A DNA stretch of 64,000 bases from an uncultured virus (IMG/VR IMGVR_UViG_3300020185_000029) (Duplodnaviria; Heunggongvirae; Uroviricota; Caudoviricetes), in the IMG/VR virus record IMGVR_UViG_3300020185_000029, positions 1-64,000 of that record, one strand, 5' to 3'. The notes under the pieces are model-generated. The model was given only the letters and a program-made list of their open reading frames with translations, was not told where the DNA came from and searched no databases. Positions 1 through 8,607 of the stretch are shown piece by piece (the first letter of the stretch is position 1; each line of letters begins with the position of its first letter). The position numbers and the translations under genes are program-made.

Positions 1-493
1 TTATAACAGTTAAGCCTTCTAACTCCTTATGAACTTTACTGAGATTTGTACCTACAGCAATATACGGTCCACCACTTGGGTCAACTGAGTCTAAGCTACC
101 ATCATCCTTTCGAGAACATCCAACATGACCATCATCTTCAAAGGAATACTCAACACAATTCTTAGATATGATAGTGAATTTTCGTTCCTCATTGTATCGG
201 CTTTTAACTACAACATCTGGCCATCCAGCCCAACTACCTTGAATTGGATCAGAGACACCCGAAGACACTACATCTTCAGCAGAATCAAAATCAACTTCGA
301 TTTTATCATCTGGATAAAGATGCTCTGTCATTTCTCGACCTTTTTCAAAAAAGGACTCACCTACAGAATCTGGATGATACCCCGCGGCAACGCACAGACT
401 GTACAACTTCTCGGTCAGGACAGTCATCCCCATTGAATCGTGTTTACTTTCGTATGTAACCTTTTCTTCGTAATGCTCTATTGTAATTTTCAT
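1..493 (-). CDS. Hypothetical phage protein, 3' end outside window
   Basis: Manual translation from ATG at 493 (MKITIEHYEEK...DSVDPSGGPYIAVG...) stays open to the window edge; not in the ORF track. Confidence 0.7.
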   Translation of the reverse strand, partial: MKITIEHYEEKVTYESKHDSMGMTVLTEKLYSLCVAAGYHPDSVGESFFEKGREMTEHLYPDDKIEVDFDSAEDVVSSGVSDPIQGSWAGWPDVVVKSRYNEERKFTIISKNCVEYSFEDDGHVGCSRKDDGSLDSVDPSGGPYIAVGTNLSKVHKELEGLTVI

Positions 494-496
494 AAT

Positions 497-622
497 TTAT
501 AGACAACTCAACCAGATACAGAGGCATACAAAAATGCACACTGAAAATACACCAATAGTAATCTTCTCGATTAATTCGAGCGAGCCGTCCTTGGTCCTTT
601 GTTCGTTAAACGACTTTTTCAT
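497..622 (-). CDS. Small single-TM peptide (41 aa)
   Basis: MKKSFNEQRTKDGSLELIEKITIGVFSVCIFVCLCIWLSCL; tightly packed with neighbours; hydrophobic C-terminus. Confidence 0.5.
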   Translation of the reverse strand: MKKSFNEQRTKDGSLELIEKITIGVFSVCIFVCLCIWLSCL

Positions 623-624
623 AA

Positions 625-726
625 TTATTTCTTCTTCTCTGGATTAACATTAACTACCCACCACACAAATCTAGAGAATGCAGCAACTGAAACTACTGCG
701 GTAATTATATATATTACTTCACTCAT
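625..726 (-). CDS. Small single-TM peptide (33 aa)
   Basis: MSEVIYIITAVVSVAAFSRFVWWVVNVNPEKKK; ATGA overlap with the upstream stop. Confidence 0.5.
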   Translation of the reverse strand: MSEVIYIITAVVSVAAFSRFVWWVVNVNPEKKK

Positions 727-983
727 AATCTTTCCTCAAATTCAAGTTGTATATTCAAAGATCTCATTGCATATTTAGCAACGTGATTCAATGCTTCCAT
801 ATCTTCATACTCAACATATCGATTCCCGATAGTTCTCATATAGCAACCTTCGTTGTCTTGCATGATCCAACAGAGAGTAATACAAGTTTCCCTGTCTAAG
901 CTCTCGCTATAAGTCCAAGCAACAATCTCGGCGCGGCGGTCCACGGTTGCTGGTCTAAATTCAACATCTTTATATCTCATCAT
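723..983 (-). CDS. Hypothetical protein
   Basis: ORF track 723..1040; the ATG at 983 (MMRYKDVEF) avoids overlap with 1003..1167. Confidence 0.65.
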   Translation of the reverse strand: MMRYKDVEFRPATVDRRAEIVAWTYSESLDRETCITLCWIMQDNEGCYMRTIGNRYVEYEDMEALNHVAKYAMRSLNIQLEFEERL

Positions 984-1002
984 GATTGTTTTATATTTAC
1001 AG

Positions 1003-1167
1003 TCATTTCTTGTCCAGATTTTTTTTGATGGCCTTGTCAATCTTTGGAGTCACCAAATGACCGACATGATCGTTGTGGACAAGTGCGCCGCTTGAGCGTC
1101 CCATGAGTTTTCTCTTTGTTGGATTCGGCGCTCTTAAATCAGCACCTGGTTTTGTTTTTTTAGACAT
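1003..1167 (-). CDS. Small basic hypothetical protein (54 aa)
   Basis: MSKKTKPGADLRAPNPTKRKLMG...; starts 7 nt after a TTGACA-N16-CATTAT promoter. Confidence 0.6.
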   Translation of the reverse strand: MSKKTKPGADLRAPNPTKRKLMGRSSGALVHNDHVGHLVTPKIDKAIKKNLDKK

Positions 1168-1174
1168 ACAACAT

Positions 1175-1202
1175 ATAATGCCTAAAATTTAATCAATGTC
1201 AA
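1175..1202 (-). promoter_or_regulatory. Sigma70-type promoter, probably leaderless
   Basis: TTGACA-N16-CATTAT, 7 nt before ATG 1167. Confidence 0.6.
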
Positions 1203-1435
1203 CAAAAAAAGTTTGGTTTGCTGCTTTTTTCTTTATTAAGATAATTTTTTAAAATTAAATAAGCCTCTTGTATTGTTTTGGGCTTCCACTCTGGATTAAC
1301 TTCACGCATTTCTGGGAGAGCTATTTTCTCAAAATATGTTTTGCGCAAATCAGTTATTTCGCCAGATTCAACAAAAGATTCAAGCATACAATAAGTTGAT
1401 TGAAGGTTTTTATGTGTTTTGTCCAAAGGTTTCAT
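1199..1435 (-). CDS. Hypothetical protein
   Basis: 78-aa ORF, co-oriented with and overlapping the upstream gene. Confidence 0.6.
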   Translation of the reverse strand: MKPLDKTHKNLQSTYCMLESFVESGEITDLRKTYFEKIALPEMREVNPEWKPKTIQEAYLILKNYLNKEKSSKPNFFC

Positions 1436-1601
1436 AGATAATAAACTCTGGTTGGTTATCTTTGGATTTGTACTTATTTGGGAAGACGGTTACTGGCATC
1501 TTCTTGCCATCAATAACGACGTATCCAGCGAGATACTTGCCGTTTTTCCCATCTTTCTTCCAGAAAGCGCCGCGTTGTTGATCGGTCCATGTAGTATTCA
1601 T
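1410..1601 (-). CDS. Small beta-rich protein, DUF736-like
   Basis: GAFWKKDGKNGKYLAG...VFPNKYK..DNQPEF resembles DUF736-like small proteins; consensus promoter upstream. Confidence 0.55.
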   Translation of the reverse strand: MNTTWTDQQRGAFWKKDGKNGKYLAGYVVIDGKKMPVTVFPNKYKSKDNQPEFIIYETFGQNT

Positions 1602-1608
1602 ATGTGCA

Positions 1609-1636
1609 ATTATAGCACATAAAACAACGTTGTCAA
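1609..1636 (-). promoter_or_regulatory. Consensus sigma70 promoter, probably leaderless
   Basis: TTGACA-N16-TATAAT with TGn extension, 7 nt before ATG 1601. Confidence 0.8.
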
Positions 1637-1878
1637 GTTAAATTCTTCCAAGCATTTTCACAATGCTTTTTATCTCTAAATAAAAAATTAATAAATTTAT
1701 AAAATTTTCCTCTTACTGGTAAATTTAATTGTTGCCAGTAGCCACAGTAGGCAGAAAAAGTTAGATTAGCATTTAAGCCAAAAACCGAGGCTAGTCCTTG
1801 CGACACAGCCTCGGCTAAATTCCAATAGTAAGACTTACCTCTCGATTTCGAGGGGTCAGCTTTTATAGTTATTCTCAT
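1633..1878 (-). CDS. Hypothetical protein
   Basis: The ATG at 1878 (MRITIKADP) overlaps the stop of the upstream gene (TAATG). Confidence 0.55.
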   Translation of the reverse strand: MRITIKADPSKSRGKSYYWNLAEAVSQGLASVFGLNANLTFSAYCGYWQQLNLPVRGKFYKFINFLFRDKKHCENAWKNLT

Positions 1879-2456
1879 TACCAAACAATAGCACTTAATT
1901 CTGCGAAACTAGTGGCGTTAGCGATTGCTTCGTTAAGTTCTTTTTCACGAGAAAATGCTGCCGACTTTCTTTGAATACCTTCCGAAATTGCTGTTTGAAA
2001 CTGAGCCTTTGAAATTGTATTGTACGAACCATCGGCGTTCTTATAATCTGGGAAAGAGCCGCCGTCTGGCAGGATTTCGATAATTGTTTTTGTGTCGATG
2101 ATGGTTTCTAGGTCGGCCTTAAATTGAAAACCATCACTAGTCGTGAGAATAGAGTTGTATTCCGCATCTCTAGCTCTTTTAATCTCTGCAAACTTTCTAG
2201 ATTTAAACATATCGGGATATTCAATAAATCTTTCTTCTCGTCGCTCCAGTCGTTTGATCTCCATCTTTTCTTGAAAAGTAACAACGTTATTGTTAATCAG
2301 GAAAAGTGGTTCGTCCGAAGACTCAAAAGTTGCAGCCTTCGCATTCGAGATTTGAACGACTTCTTCAGAATTGGTATTATAAGAGCCATCTTCGTATGCA
2401 TCTTCTTGCACTTCGATGATTCGTCTTGTTTCGATGTTAATTAGGGCGTTTTTCAT
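1878..2456 (-). CDS. DUF4376-like protein, fibre/adhesin assembly-associated
   Basis: C-terminal half KFAEIKRARDAE...GFQFKAD...YKNADGS...REKELNEAIANATSFAELSAIVW fits the DUF4376 pattern common beside fibre genes. Confidence 0.6.
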   Translation of the reverse strand: MKNALINIETRRIIEVQEDAYEDGSYNTNSEEVVQISNAKAATFESSDEPLFLINNNVVTFQEKMEIKRLERREERFIEYPDMFKSRKFAEIKRARDAEYNSILTTSDGFQFKADLETIIDTKTIIEILPDGGSFPDYKNADGSYNTISKAQFQTAISEGIQRKSAAFSREKELNEAIANATSFAELSAIVW

Positions 2457-3253
2457 AATTCGTTGATCCAGTTAAATTTTTGGTTAAGTTGTTCTGAGAG
2501 TTGGCGGCCAAGTGTTTCGTGCCAATCTTTTTTTAGTGGTTTTACTTCTTGGCGAATAACATGGTCTCCATATGGGAAACCTACATCATTTTCTTTGGTG
2601 TATTGTTCTACGTTGGAAGTGTTGTGAACGAAAGGCTCTTCTCCAAGAAACTCCCATACATTATTCATTACACTTTGTGGGTCTTCTGTTAAGTCTTCAG
2701 CATGAATAAACATTAATTTATCACCAAATCTTTCGGCAGCTTCATGTAATCTCTCGATTGCAATACCAATTGGAGGGCTTTGTAGCCAACCTTGAGCGCG
2801 TTTATCGATAGTTGTCCAGCTTTGTGGGTTTTGTTGCTCCACTCCGTTAAAAACTTCTGGGTGCTGCTGGCGTTTCTTTTCCATGCTGGAAAGAATGCCG
2901 CGTATATCGCGGACTGGCACAAGAACCTTTGCGTCTGGCCACACCTTAAAAAGTTGATCTAGGTGACCAATCCAAGAGCGGCACTTGTCTACAACTACAG
3001 GGCGGTCTGTGATACTATTAAATGCGTTCTCACATCCAGCCTTAACGTAATCCAAATACATAGGCTCAAGAACTTTTTCCATATCCACTGCCTTTGCCTC
3101 TTCAGTCTGAAAGACTTGGCGAGCTATGTAGCCAATTTCGTGCAAGGCACTTGTTGGTGTAGCGTGGACCCTTGGGTTCTGCGCTAGAAGATTGCAGAGC
3201 AGCGTGGAGCAAGCTCTTGGAAGACCAGATACGAAGTGTAATTTTTTACTCAT
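2453..3253 (-). CDS. Sulfotransferase family protein
   Basis: N-terminal FVSGLPRACSTLL (PAPS loop-like), DKCR.W, VRDIRGILSS and AEDL..DP motifs. Confidence 0.85.
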   Translation of the reverse strand: MSKKLHFVSGLPRACSTLLCNLLAQNPRVHATPTSALHEIGYIARQVFQTEEAKAVDMEKVLEPMYLDYVKAGCENAFNSITDRPVVVDKCRSWIGHLDQLFKVWPDAKVLVPVRDIRGILSSMEKKRQQHPEVFNGVEQQNPQSWTTIDKRAQGWLQSPPIGIAIERLHEAAERFGDKLMFIHAEDLTEDPQSVMNNVWEFLGEEPFVHNTSNVEQYTKENDVGFPYGDHVIRQEVKPLKKDWHETLGRQLSEQLNQKFNWINEL

Positions 3254-3259
3254 ATTATT

Positions 3260-3287
3260 ATGGTGTATCTAATCCTTTAAAAGTCAA
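3260..3287 (-). promoter_or_regulatory. Sigma70-type promoter of the sulfotransferase
   Basis: TTGACT-N16-CACCAT, 6 nt before ATG 3253. Confidence 0.5.
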
Positions 3288-4304
3288 CTATAAATCAAAG
3301 AAAACTGTCAAACCTCCATATGTAGCTGGGTAAGTTGCTCCTACTGGAACGTGAATTGTTGAAGCCGCTACACCAGAAAACACATCAGAACCCAAGGCAG
3401 GAGCAGTTGTAGCTAGGCAGTTGATTGTAGCCAGGCTAGCGCAGTTATAGAATGCTTGACTCCCGATGCTGGTGACGCTGCTGGGAATGGTGATGCTCGC
3501 CAAGCTAGTGTTAATAAATAGTGTAGCCTCAATGCTTGTAAAGTCAACATTATTTGGGAGGGTAGCGCTTTCTAAGATACTGGAGTAACCGAATGCGTAA
3601 GACCCGATACTGGAGACGCTGTCAGGGATGATAATGCTCGTCAGGACGTTGCATCTACTGAATGCGCTAAAACCGATGCTGGTGAAGTTAACGTTATTTG
3701 GGAGGGTGACGCTCGTCAGGCTAGTGCAGTAATCGAATGCGTAAGACCCGATGCTGGTGACGCTGTCGGGAATCGTGACGTTCGTCAGGCCGCAGTTATA
3801 GAATGCTAGAGACCCGATGCTGGTGACGCTGTCTGGAATGGTGATGCTCGTCAGGGCGCTACAGTAAGCGAATGAGGAAGAATCGATGCTGGTGACGCTG
3901 TCGGGAATGGTGATGCTCGTCAGGCCAGAGCAGCTAACGAATGCGCCAGCCCCGATGCTGATCACGCTGTTGGGGATGGTGACGCTCGTCAGGCTGCTGC
4001 AGCTATTGAATGCGGAAGTCCCGAAGCTGGTGACGTTACTTCCAATGTAGATGCTAGTTAATGTCGTGTTACCATCATAACCATCTAAATCAGTAATAGT
4101 TGTAAGATTTCTAGTCTGTGTTACGCCAGCCTGAATATCTGTAGTGAATGGCACAATAGATTCCTTTTCCGCATCACTCAGAGGAAGATCTGCCAACTTA
4201 ATCTTTTTGGTCTGATTTAGGTCGCTGTCTACTAGTGGTAGCACATCGATTGCTGGATCAGCTGAAGTTAGTTCTGTTAGTTGTGATATTTTTTTGTCTG
4301 CCAT
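3288..4304 (-). CDS. BspA-type LRR (LRR_5) protein, ~9 repeats, shared N-terminal module
   Basis: Repeats of LTSxTIPDSVTSIGxxAFxxC after an MADKKISQL...TKKIKL N-terminal module. Confidence 0.9.
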   Translation of the reverse strand: MADKKISQLTELTSADPAIDVLPLVDSDLNQTKKIKLADLPLSDAEKESIVPFTTDIQAGVTQTRNLTTITDLDGYDGNTTLTSIYIGSNVTSFGTSAFNSCSSLTSVTIPNSVISIGAGAFVSCSGLTSITIPDSVTSIDSSSFAYCSALTSITIPDSVTSIGSLAFYNCGLTNVTIPDSVTSIGSYAFDYCTSLTSVTLPNNVNFTSIGFSAFSRCNVLTSIIIPDSVSSIGSYAFGYSSILESATLPNNVDFTSIEATLFINTSLASITIPSSVTSIGSQAFYNCASLATINCLATTAPALGSDVFSGVAASTIHVPVGATYPATYGGLTVFFDL

Positions 4305-4316
4305 GATTTTTAAAGA

Positions 4317-6149
4317 TTAAATTATATTAACGGTTACGTTTGCGTTTCCACCAATATTCAGGCCAGATCCAGCTGTCCAACCAAGTCCAGCTAGTACATT
4401 TATAGTAAGAGGAGATGCCGTGCCGAGGAAAATATTAATTGCGTTGTCTATAACAGTTTTATCTACATTGCAGTTAATTGTATTTAGTAGATTACAACCC
4501 TGAAAAGCTCTCTCTCCTATGCTGCCGACACTAATAGGAATTTCAACAGTTGTCAAAACATCAAGATTGCGGAATGCGTATGAACCGATAGTCGTTACTG
4601 TAGTGGGTATGGTCAAACTCAGTAAAGACCTAAGTTCAGCAAATGTGAATTGCTCAATGGTAGTAAAGCCAGTGTTGCTTGGGAGGGTGAGACTTTCTAC
4701 CCTGTCACAGCCTTGGAATGCTCTTAGTTTGATGGTGGAAACGCTGTCTGGGATGGTGATGCTCGTAAAGTCGCAGTTTTGGAATGCGCCTCTACCGATG
4801 CTGGTGACGCTGTTGGGAATGGTGACGCTCGACAGGCTAGTGCAGTTATAGAATAAGTAATCTTCGATGCTGGTGAAGCCAACATTATTTGGAAGAGTGG
4901 CGCTCGCGAGGTCAGTGCAGTTTTGAAATGCGCTATTCCCGATGCTGGTGACACTGTCGGGAATGATAATGCTCGTCAGGCTTTTGCAGTTGTCGAATGC
5001 ATTCGCCCCGATAGTTTCGACGCTGTCGGGAATGTTGATGCTCGTCAGGCTGCTGCAGTTATCGAATGTGAACTCCCCGATGCTGGAGACGCTGTTGGGG
5101 ATGGTGACGCTCGACAGGCTAGTGCAGCCAAGGAATGCGTAATCCCCGATGGTTTCGACGCTGTCGGGAATGACGATACTTGTAAGAAATACGCAAATGC
5201 CGAACGTATCTCCCGCAATCGAGGTAAACGCAGGATTATTTGGAAGCTTGATACTCGTTAGCGCAGAATAATAAAACGCAAAACTCCCAATGGTGGTGAC
5301 ACTATCAGGAATGGTGACGCTCGTCAGGCTGCTGCACCGATAGAATGCGCTAAACCCGATGCTGGTGACGCTGTCGGGAATGGTGACGATCGTCAGGCTG
5401 CTGCAGACAGAGAATGTGTTATTCTCGATACTGGTGAAATTGTTATTATTTGGAAGTGTGACGCTCGCGAGGTCAGTGCAGCGATAGAATGCCGCAGACC
5501 CGATAGTTTCGACGCTGTCGGGAATGACGATACTCGTCAGGCTAGTGCAGAAATCGAATGCGGAATCCGCGATGCTGGTGACGCTATTGCCGATGGTTGC
5601 GCTCGCGAGGCTAGTGCAGCCACGGATTGCGCGATCCCCGATGGTTTCGACGCTGTCGGGAATGACGATACTTGTAAGAGATATGCAACCGCCGAACGTA
5701 TCTTGCTCAATCGAGGTAAACGCAGGATTATTTGGAAGCTTGATACTCGTTAGCGCAGAATAATAAAACGCAAAACTCCCGATAGTGGTGACACTATCAG
5801 GAATAAAAACGCTCTGATTTGTTAAATTAGCTCCTGCAAAATTGCTATTGCTAAACGCCGCCGATCCAATGCTAGTTACATTAGTCCCAATATAAATGCT
5901 GTCTGGTTGATACGTATTGTAAAACCCATCCGAATTACTAATAGTTGTAAGATTTCTAGTTTGCTCCACGCCAGCCTGAATATCTATCGTGTATGGGTAT
6001 GCGGTATCTTCAGAGGCATCACTAAGCGGAAAGTTGGCTAATTTAATTTTTTTAGTTTTACTTTCGCTGGAGTCTACAACTGGTAAAAAATCTACTGCCG
6101 AGTCTGCTGAAGTTATTTCTGTGAGGTCTGATATTTTTTTGTTTGCCAT
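4317..6149 (-). CDS. BspA-type LRR (LRR_5) protein, ~20 repeats, shared N-terminal module
   Basis: Same repeat; MANKKISDL N-terminal module; C-terminal cap TINCNVD...GTASPLTIN..GLGWTAG. Confidence 0.9.
   Translation of the reverse strand: MANKKISDLTEITSADSAVDFLPVVDSSESKTKKIKLANFPLSDASEDTAYPYTIDIQAGVEQTRNLTTISNSDGFYNTYQPDSIYIGTNVTSIGSAAFSNSNFAGANLTNQSVFIPDSVTTIGSFAFYYSALTSIKLPNNPAFTSIEQDTFGGCISLTSIVIPDSVETIGDRAIRGCTSLASATIGNSVTSIADSAFDFCTSLTSIVIPDSVETIGSAAFYRCTDLASVTLPNNNNFTSIENNTFSVCSSLTIVTIPDSVTSIGFSAFYRCSSLTSVTIPDSVTTIGSFAFYYSALTSIKLPNNPAFTSIAGDTFGICVFLTSIVIPDSVETIGDYAFLGCTSLSSVTIPNSVSSIGEFTFDNCSSLTSINIPDSVETIGANAFDNCKSLTSIIIPDSVTSIGNSAFQNCTDLASATLPNNVGFTSIEDYLFYNCTSLSSVTIPNSVTSIGRGAFQNCDFTSITIPDSVSTIKLRAFQGCDRVESLTLPSNTGFTTIEQFTFAELRSLLSLTIPTTVTTIGSYAFRNLDVLTTVEIPISVGSIGERAFQGCNLLNTINCNVDKTVIDNAINIFLGTASPLTINVLAGLGWTAGSGLNIGGNANVTVNII
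5117..5804. repeat. Internal ~195-bp duplication in the LRR gene (5117-5312 and 5609-5804)
   Basis: Near-identical DNA at a 492-bp offset, including gaggtaaacgcaggattatttggaagcttgatactcgttagcgcagaataataaaacgcaaaactccc. Confidence 0.85.
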
Positions 6150-6161
6150 TGTGGGTTTACT

Positions 6162-6854
6162 TTATATTATGTTAACGGTCACGTTTGTGTTTCCGCCAAT
6201 TGTTTGGCCAGGTCCAGCTGTCCAACCCAGTCCAGATGGCGCGTTTATAGTAAGAGGAGATGCCGTGCCATTGAAAACATTATCTAGGCCATTTATAATA
6301 GAAAAATCTACATTGCAGTTAATTGTCGCTAAGTTAACGCAATTACGAAAAGCGTTATCCCCAATACTAGTCACACTGCTGGGAATGGTTAAGCTGTTCA
6401 GGACATTGCAGTTTTGAAGTGCGCTAACCCCGATGCTGGTAACGCTGTCTGGAATATTGATACTTTGGATAGCGAAGCAGAGCCGAAATGCATTTTGATC
6501 GATACTTGTGATACCGTTAGCGATGGTTACATCCGTCAGGGCATCGCAACGAATGAATGCGGATTGCCCGATGCTGGGAACATTGCTCCCAATATAGATA
6601 CTAGTTAAAGTAGTGTCATCGCCGTAATACTGATTGTAAGTCAACGGAGCAGTAATATTTCGTGTTTGCTCCACAGTGCCGTGAAAGTCTGTAGTATACG
6701 TATACACATGGTTTTTAGCCGAATCGCTCAGTGGCAAATTACTAAATCTAATCTTTTTGGTCTCATCTGCGCTGGTATCTACAACAGGTAAGAGGTCAGT
6801 TGCTGCGTCAGCTGAAGTTAGTTCCGTAAGTTCTGATATTTTTTTGTCCGCCAT
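6162..6854 (-). CDS. BspA-type LRR (LRR_5) protein, ~4 repeats, shared N-terminal module
   Basis: MADKKISEL N-terminal module; C-terminal cap very similar to that of 4317..6149. Confidence 0.9.
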   Translation of the reverse strand: MADKKISELTELTSADAATDLLPVVDTSADETKKIRFSNLPLSDSAKNHVYTYTTDFHGTVEQTRNITAPLTYNQYYGDDTTLTSIYIGSNVPSIGQSAFIRCDALTDVTIANGITSIDQNAFRLCFAIQSINIPDSVTSIGVSALQNCNVLNSLTIPSSVTSIGDNAFRNCVNLATINCNVDFSIINGLDNVFNGTASPLTINAPSGLGWTAGPGQTIGGNTNVTVNII

Positions 6855-6860
6855 AGTATT

Positions 6861-6868
6861 TATTACAC
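6861..6868 (-). promoter_or_regulatory. Putative phage late promoter GTGTAATA
   Basis: The same motif lies 14-18 nt before the starts of several structural genes. Confidence 0.65.
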
Positions 6869-6881
6869 TATAATTTATAGG

Positions 6882-7262
6882 TTAATCTATAATACTAGCA
6901 AAATCATTTTCTAAGTTAGTCTTTGGCTTATCTTCAACGTGCTTATTACCTACTTCTTTTTCATATTTTTCAAAATATGATTTTTTGACTGGATCATATC
7001 CAAGCCTCTCTTCTCTTTCTATGCTAAGCTCTTTAGAGTAGTCCAACATATCTCCATATGTGCCTTTCATTTTTCCAGTCTTATCAGTAAAAGCCACTTT
7101 GTCGAAGGCATCGATTTTACTATGGGTACTGAAGTTTATTGGGGTATAAGATCTATCCCATTTTAAGCCGTCCTCATCATGAAAAACATGTTCATCGTTG
7201 ACCGATTGAATTAACTCAATATACTCTTCTCTTTCTGGATGTTTGTAAATGTATTCTGGCAT
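6882..7262 (-). CDS. Hypothetical phage protein with FmdB-like N-terminus lacking Cys
   Basis: MPEYIYKHP..EEYIELIQSVND; TTGGAA-N17-CATAAT upstream. Confidence 0.6.
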   Translation of the reverse strand: MPEYIYKHPEREEYIELIQSVNDEHVFHDEDGLKWDRSYTPINFSTHSKIDAFDKVAFTDKTGKMKGTYGDMLDYSKELSIEREERLGYDPVKKSYFEKYEKEVGNKHVEDKPKTNLENDFASIID

Positions 7263-7300
7263 AATACATTATGCTATAGTTTTAACCTTATTCCAATTAT

Positions 7301-8338
7301 TTAAGATATAATATCCTTAACGCTTTCTCCAGACTCCCACATTCTGCAGGACCAGTAGCGAGCTTTATATTTTGGACCAGGATTTGTATCGCACTTATGC
7401 CTAGCTCTAAATGACTTTCTGCGATCTGGATCATCTCTCTTTATTTCCATATTAGGATCTCCGAAATTAACCTTTACTACATTCCCCTTTTCGTTTTTAA
7501 CATAAACCGAAAACTTCTTTGGACCCTTTGGTGTTCTGAATGGTTTATTCAATTTGACACCCTTTTTTAATTCAGCCGCAAAAGTAAAAGAGTCAACTTC
7601 TTTTCCATCTCTATCCAAATCATCGTCACAATCGCTAGACATTATACTCTTTGGTTTATTGTAAGAAGCATCATGAGAATCATTTTCGTTAAACCATTTT
7701 TGGAAAACGTCTTCGCTTGATCCTGGAAAATACATAGGAGTTCCGTCAGCCATTTCGTCTGTGTGAATTTCGCCCTTAAAACCAATTTGAATTGATTTTT
7801 TTCTTGCGCCTTCTGGAGTGGAAAAAATATAATCTTCCATTCCAGCTTTACACTTCGCCGCACCATTATGATCAGAGTCTTTCATTAATTTGCCATCAGG
7901 CATATAGTGATAACCTTCAGGAGCTTCTTTGGAGGCTTTTTTGGGTCTACCATCTTTTCCAGAAGGACCAGACATTGGGTGGCTCTTTGGCAATAAATCA
8001 GTGTCGTGTTTTCCACTTTTGTATTTTAAATTTCTTAATGCATGCAAGAAGGAATTGACTCGCGCCATAGCCCATTGCTGCGAGCTTTTTACGCTTGGTC
8101 TAACACTCTGAGGGTTTGTTCGATAGGCTCCAACCCCTCTTTTGTATACCGCTTCTAGTTTAGAGAGGGTAACTCTCTTTCTTTTGTCGTCTCCGAATTT
8201 TTCATTGTGTTCTTTTACCTTCTTTTTCAAGGATTCTGCAAGAGACGCTTCACTCATCTCTATAAAGCATAGCTCATCTTCTGAGAAAGATACTTCCATT
8301 ATTTGTTTTCCGTTTTTTAAAAAATTACGAATGTCCAT
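7301..8338 (-). CDS. Mosaic basic protein with DUF5824-like, DUF3721-like and DUF6321-like segments
   Basis: VYKRGVGAY...QQWAMARVNSF; FSTPEGARKKS..IG; VKVNFGDPNM...RRKSFRARHKC...ARYWSCRMW. Start placed at 8338, 16 nt from GTGTATAAT. Confidence 0.65.
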   Translation of the reverse strand: MDIRNFLKNGKQIMEVSFSEDELCFIEMSEASLAESLKKKVKEHNEKFGDDKRKRVTLSKLEAVYKRGVGAYRTNPQSVRPSVKSSQQWAMARVNSFLHALRNLKYKSGKHDTDLLPKSHPMSGPSGKDGRPKKASKEAPEGYHYMPDGKLMKDSDHNGAAKCKAGMEDYIFSTPEGARKKSIQIGFKGEIHTDEMADGTPMYFPGSSEDVFQKWFNENDSHDASYNKPKSIMSSDCDDDLDRDGKEVDSFTFAAELKKGVKLNKPFRTPKGPKKFSVYVKNEKGNVVKVNFGDPNMEIKRDDPDRRKSFRARHKCDTNPGPKYKARYWSCRMWESGESVKDIIS

Positions 8339-8365
8339 AGTAGGTATTATACACAATAATATTGC

Positions 8366-8395
8366 AAAAAAGAAAGGCCTTCCCGAAGGAAGGCC
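8366..8395 (-). terminator. Rho-independent terminator
   Basis: GGCCTTCC-TTCG-GGAAGGCC stem with a UUCG tetraloop and a U-rich tail. Confidence 0.9.
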
Positions 8396-8400
8396 ATCAA

Positions 8401-8607
8401 TTATACTACAGCAAGACTCTTGATTGAGTTTCGATGGACTTTAATTTCTCCACGCTTTCCAGAGAAGCGATCAAAGATTACGAATGTTTCTCCGATAGAT
8501 TTAACTTTACCCATAAAGCATTCGGAAACTTTAGAATTTTGTAGACTTACTCTCATAAATTTACCGCGGGACTTTGTTACTTTTGATTTAATAGTACTTG
8601 TATTCAT
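8401..8607 (-). CDS. Small basic beta-barrel-like hypothetical protein
   Basis: 68-aa ORF; TAATG coupling to the upstream GT; followed by a terminator. Confidence 0.65.
   Translation of the reverse strand: MNTSTIKSKVTKSRGKFMRVSLQNSKVSECFMGKVKSIGETFVIFDRFSGKRGEIKVHRNSIKSLAVV

Noticed and set aside
125..459. Plus-strand track ORFs 125..436 and 244..459
   Set aside because: They are antisense to an open minus-strand frame (493 to the window edge) that fits the local gene orientation.
5117..5804. Duplicated LRR block as a DGR template/variable repeat pair
   Set aside because: Differences are not confined to adenines (e.g. GGT vs ATT, TCT vs TTT), both copies are in-frame coding, and no reverse transcriptase is present in the window.
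4519..6608. Several plus-strand ORFs over the LRR genes
   Set aside because: Antisense shadows of repetitive, GC-richer coding sequence.
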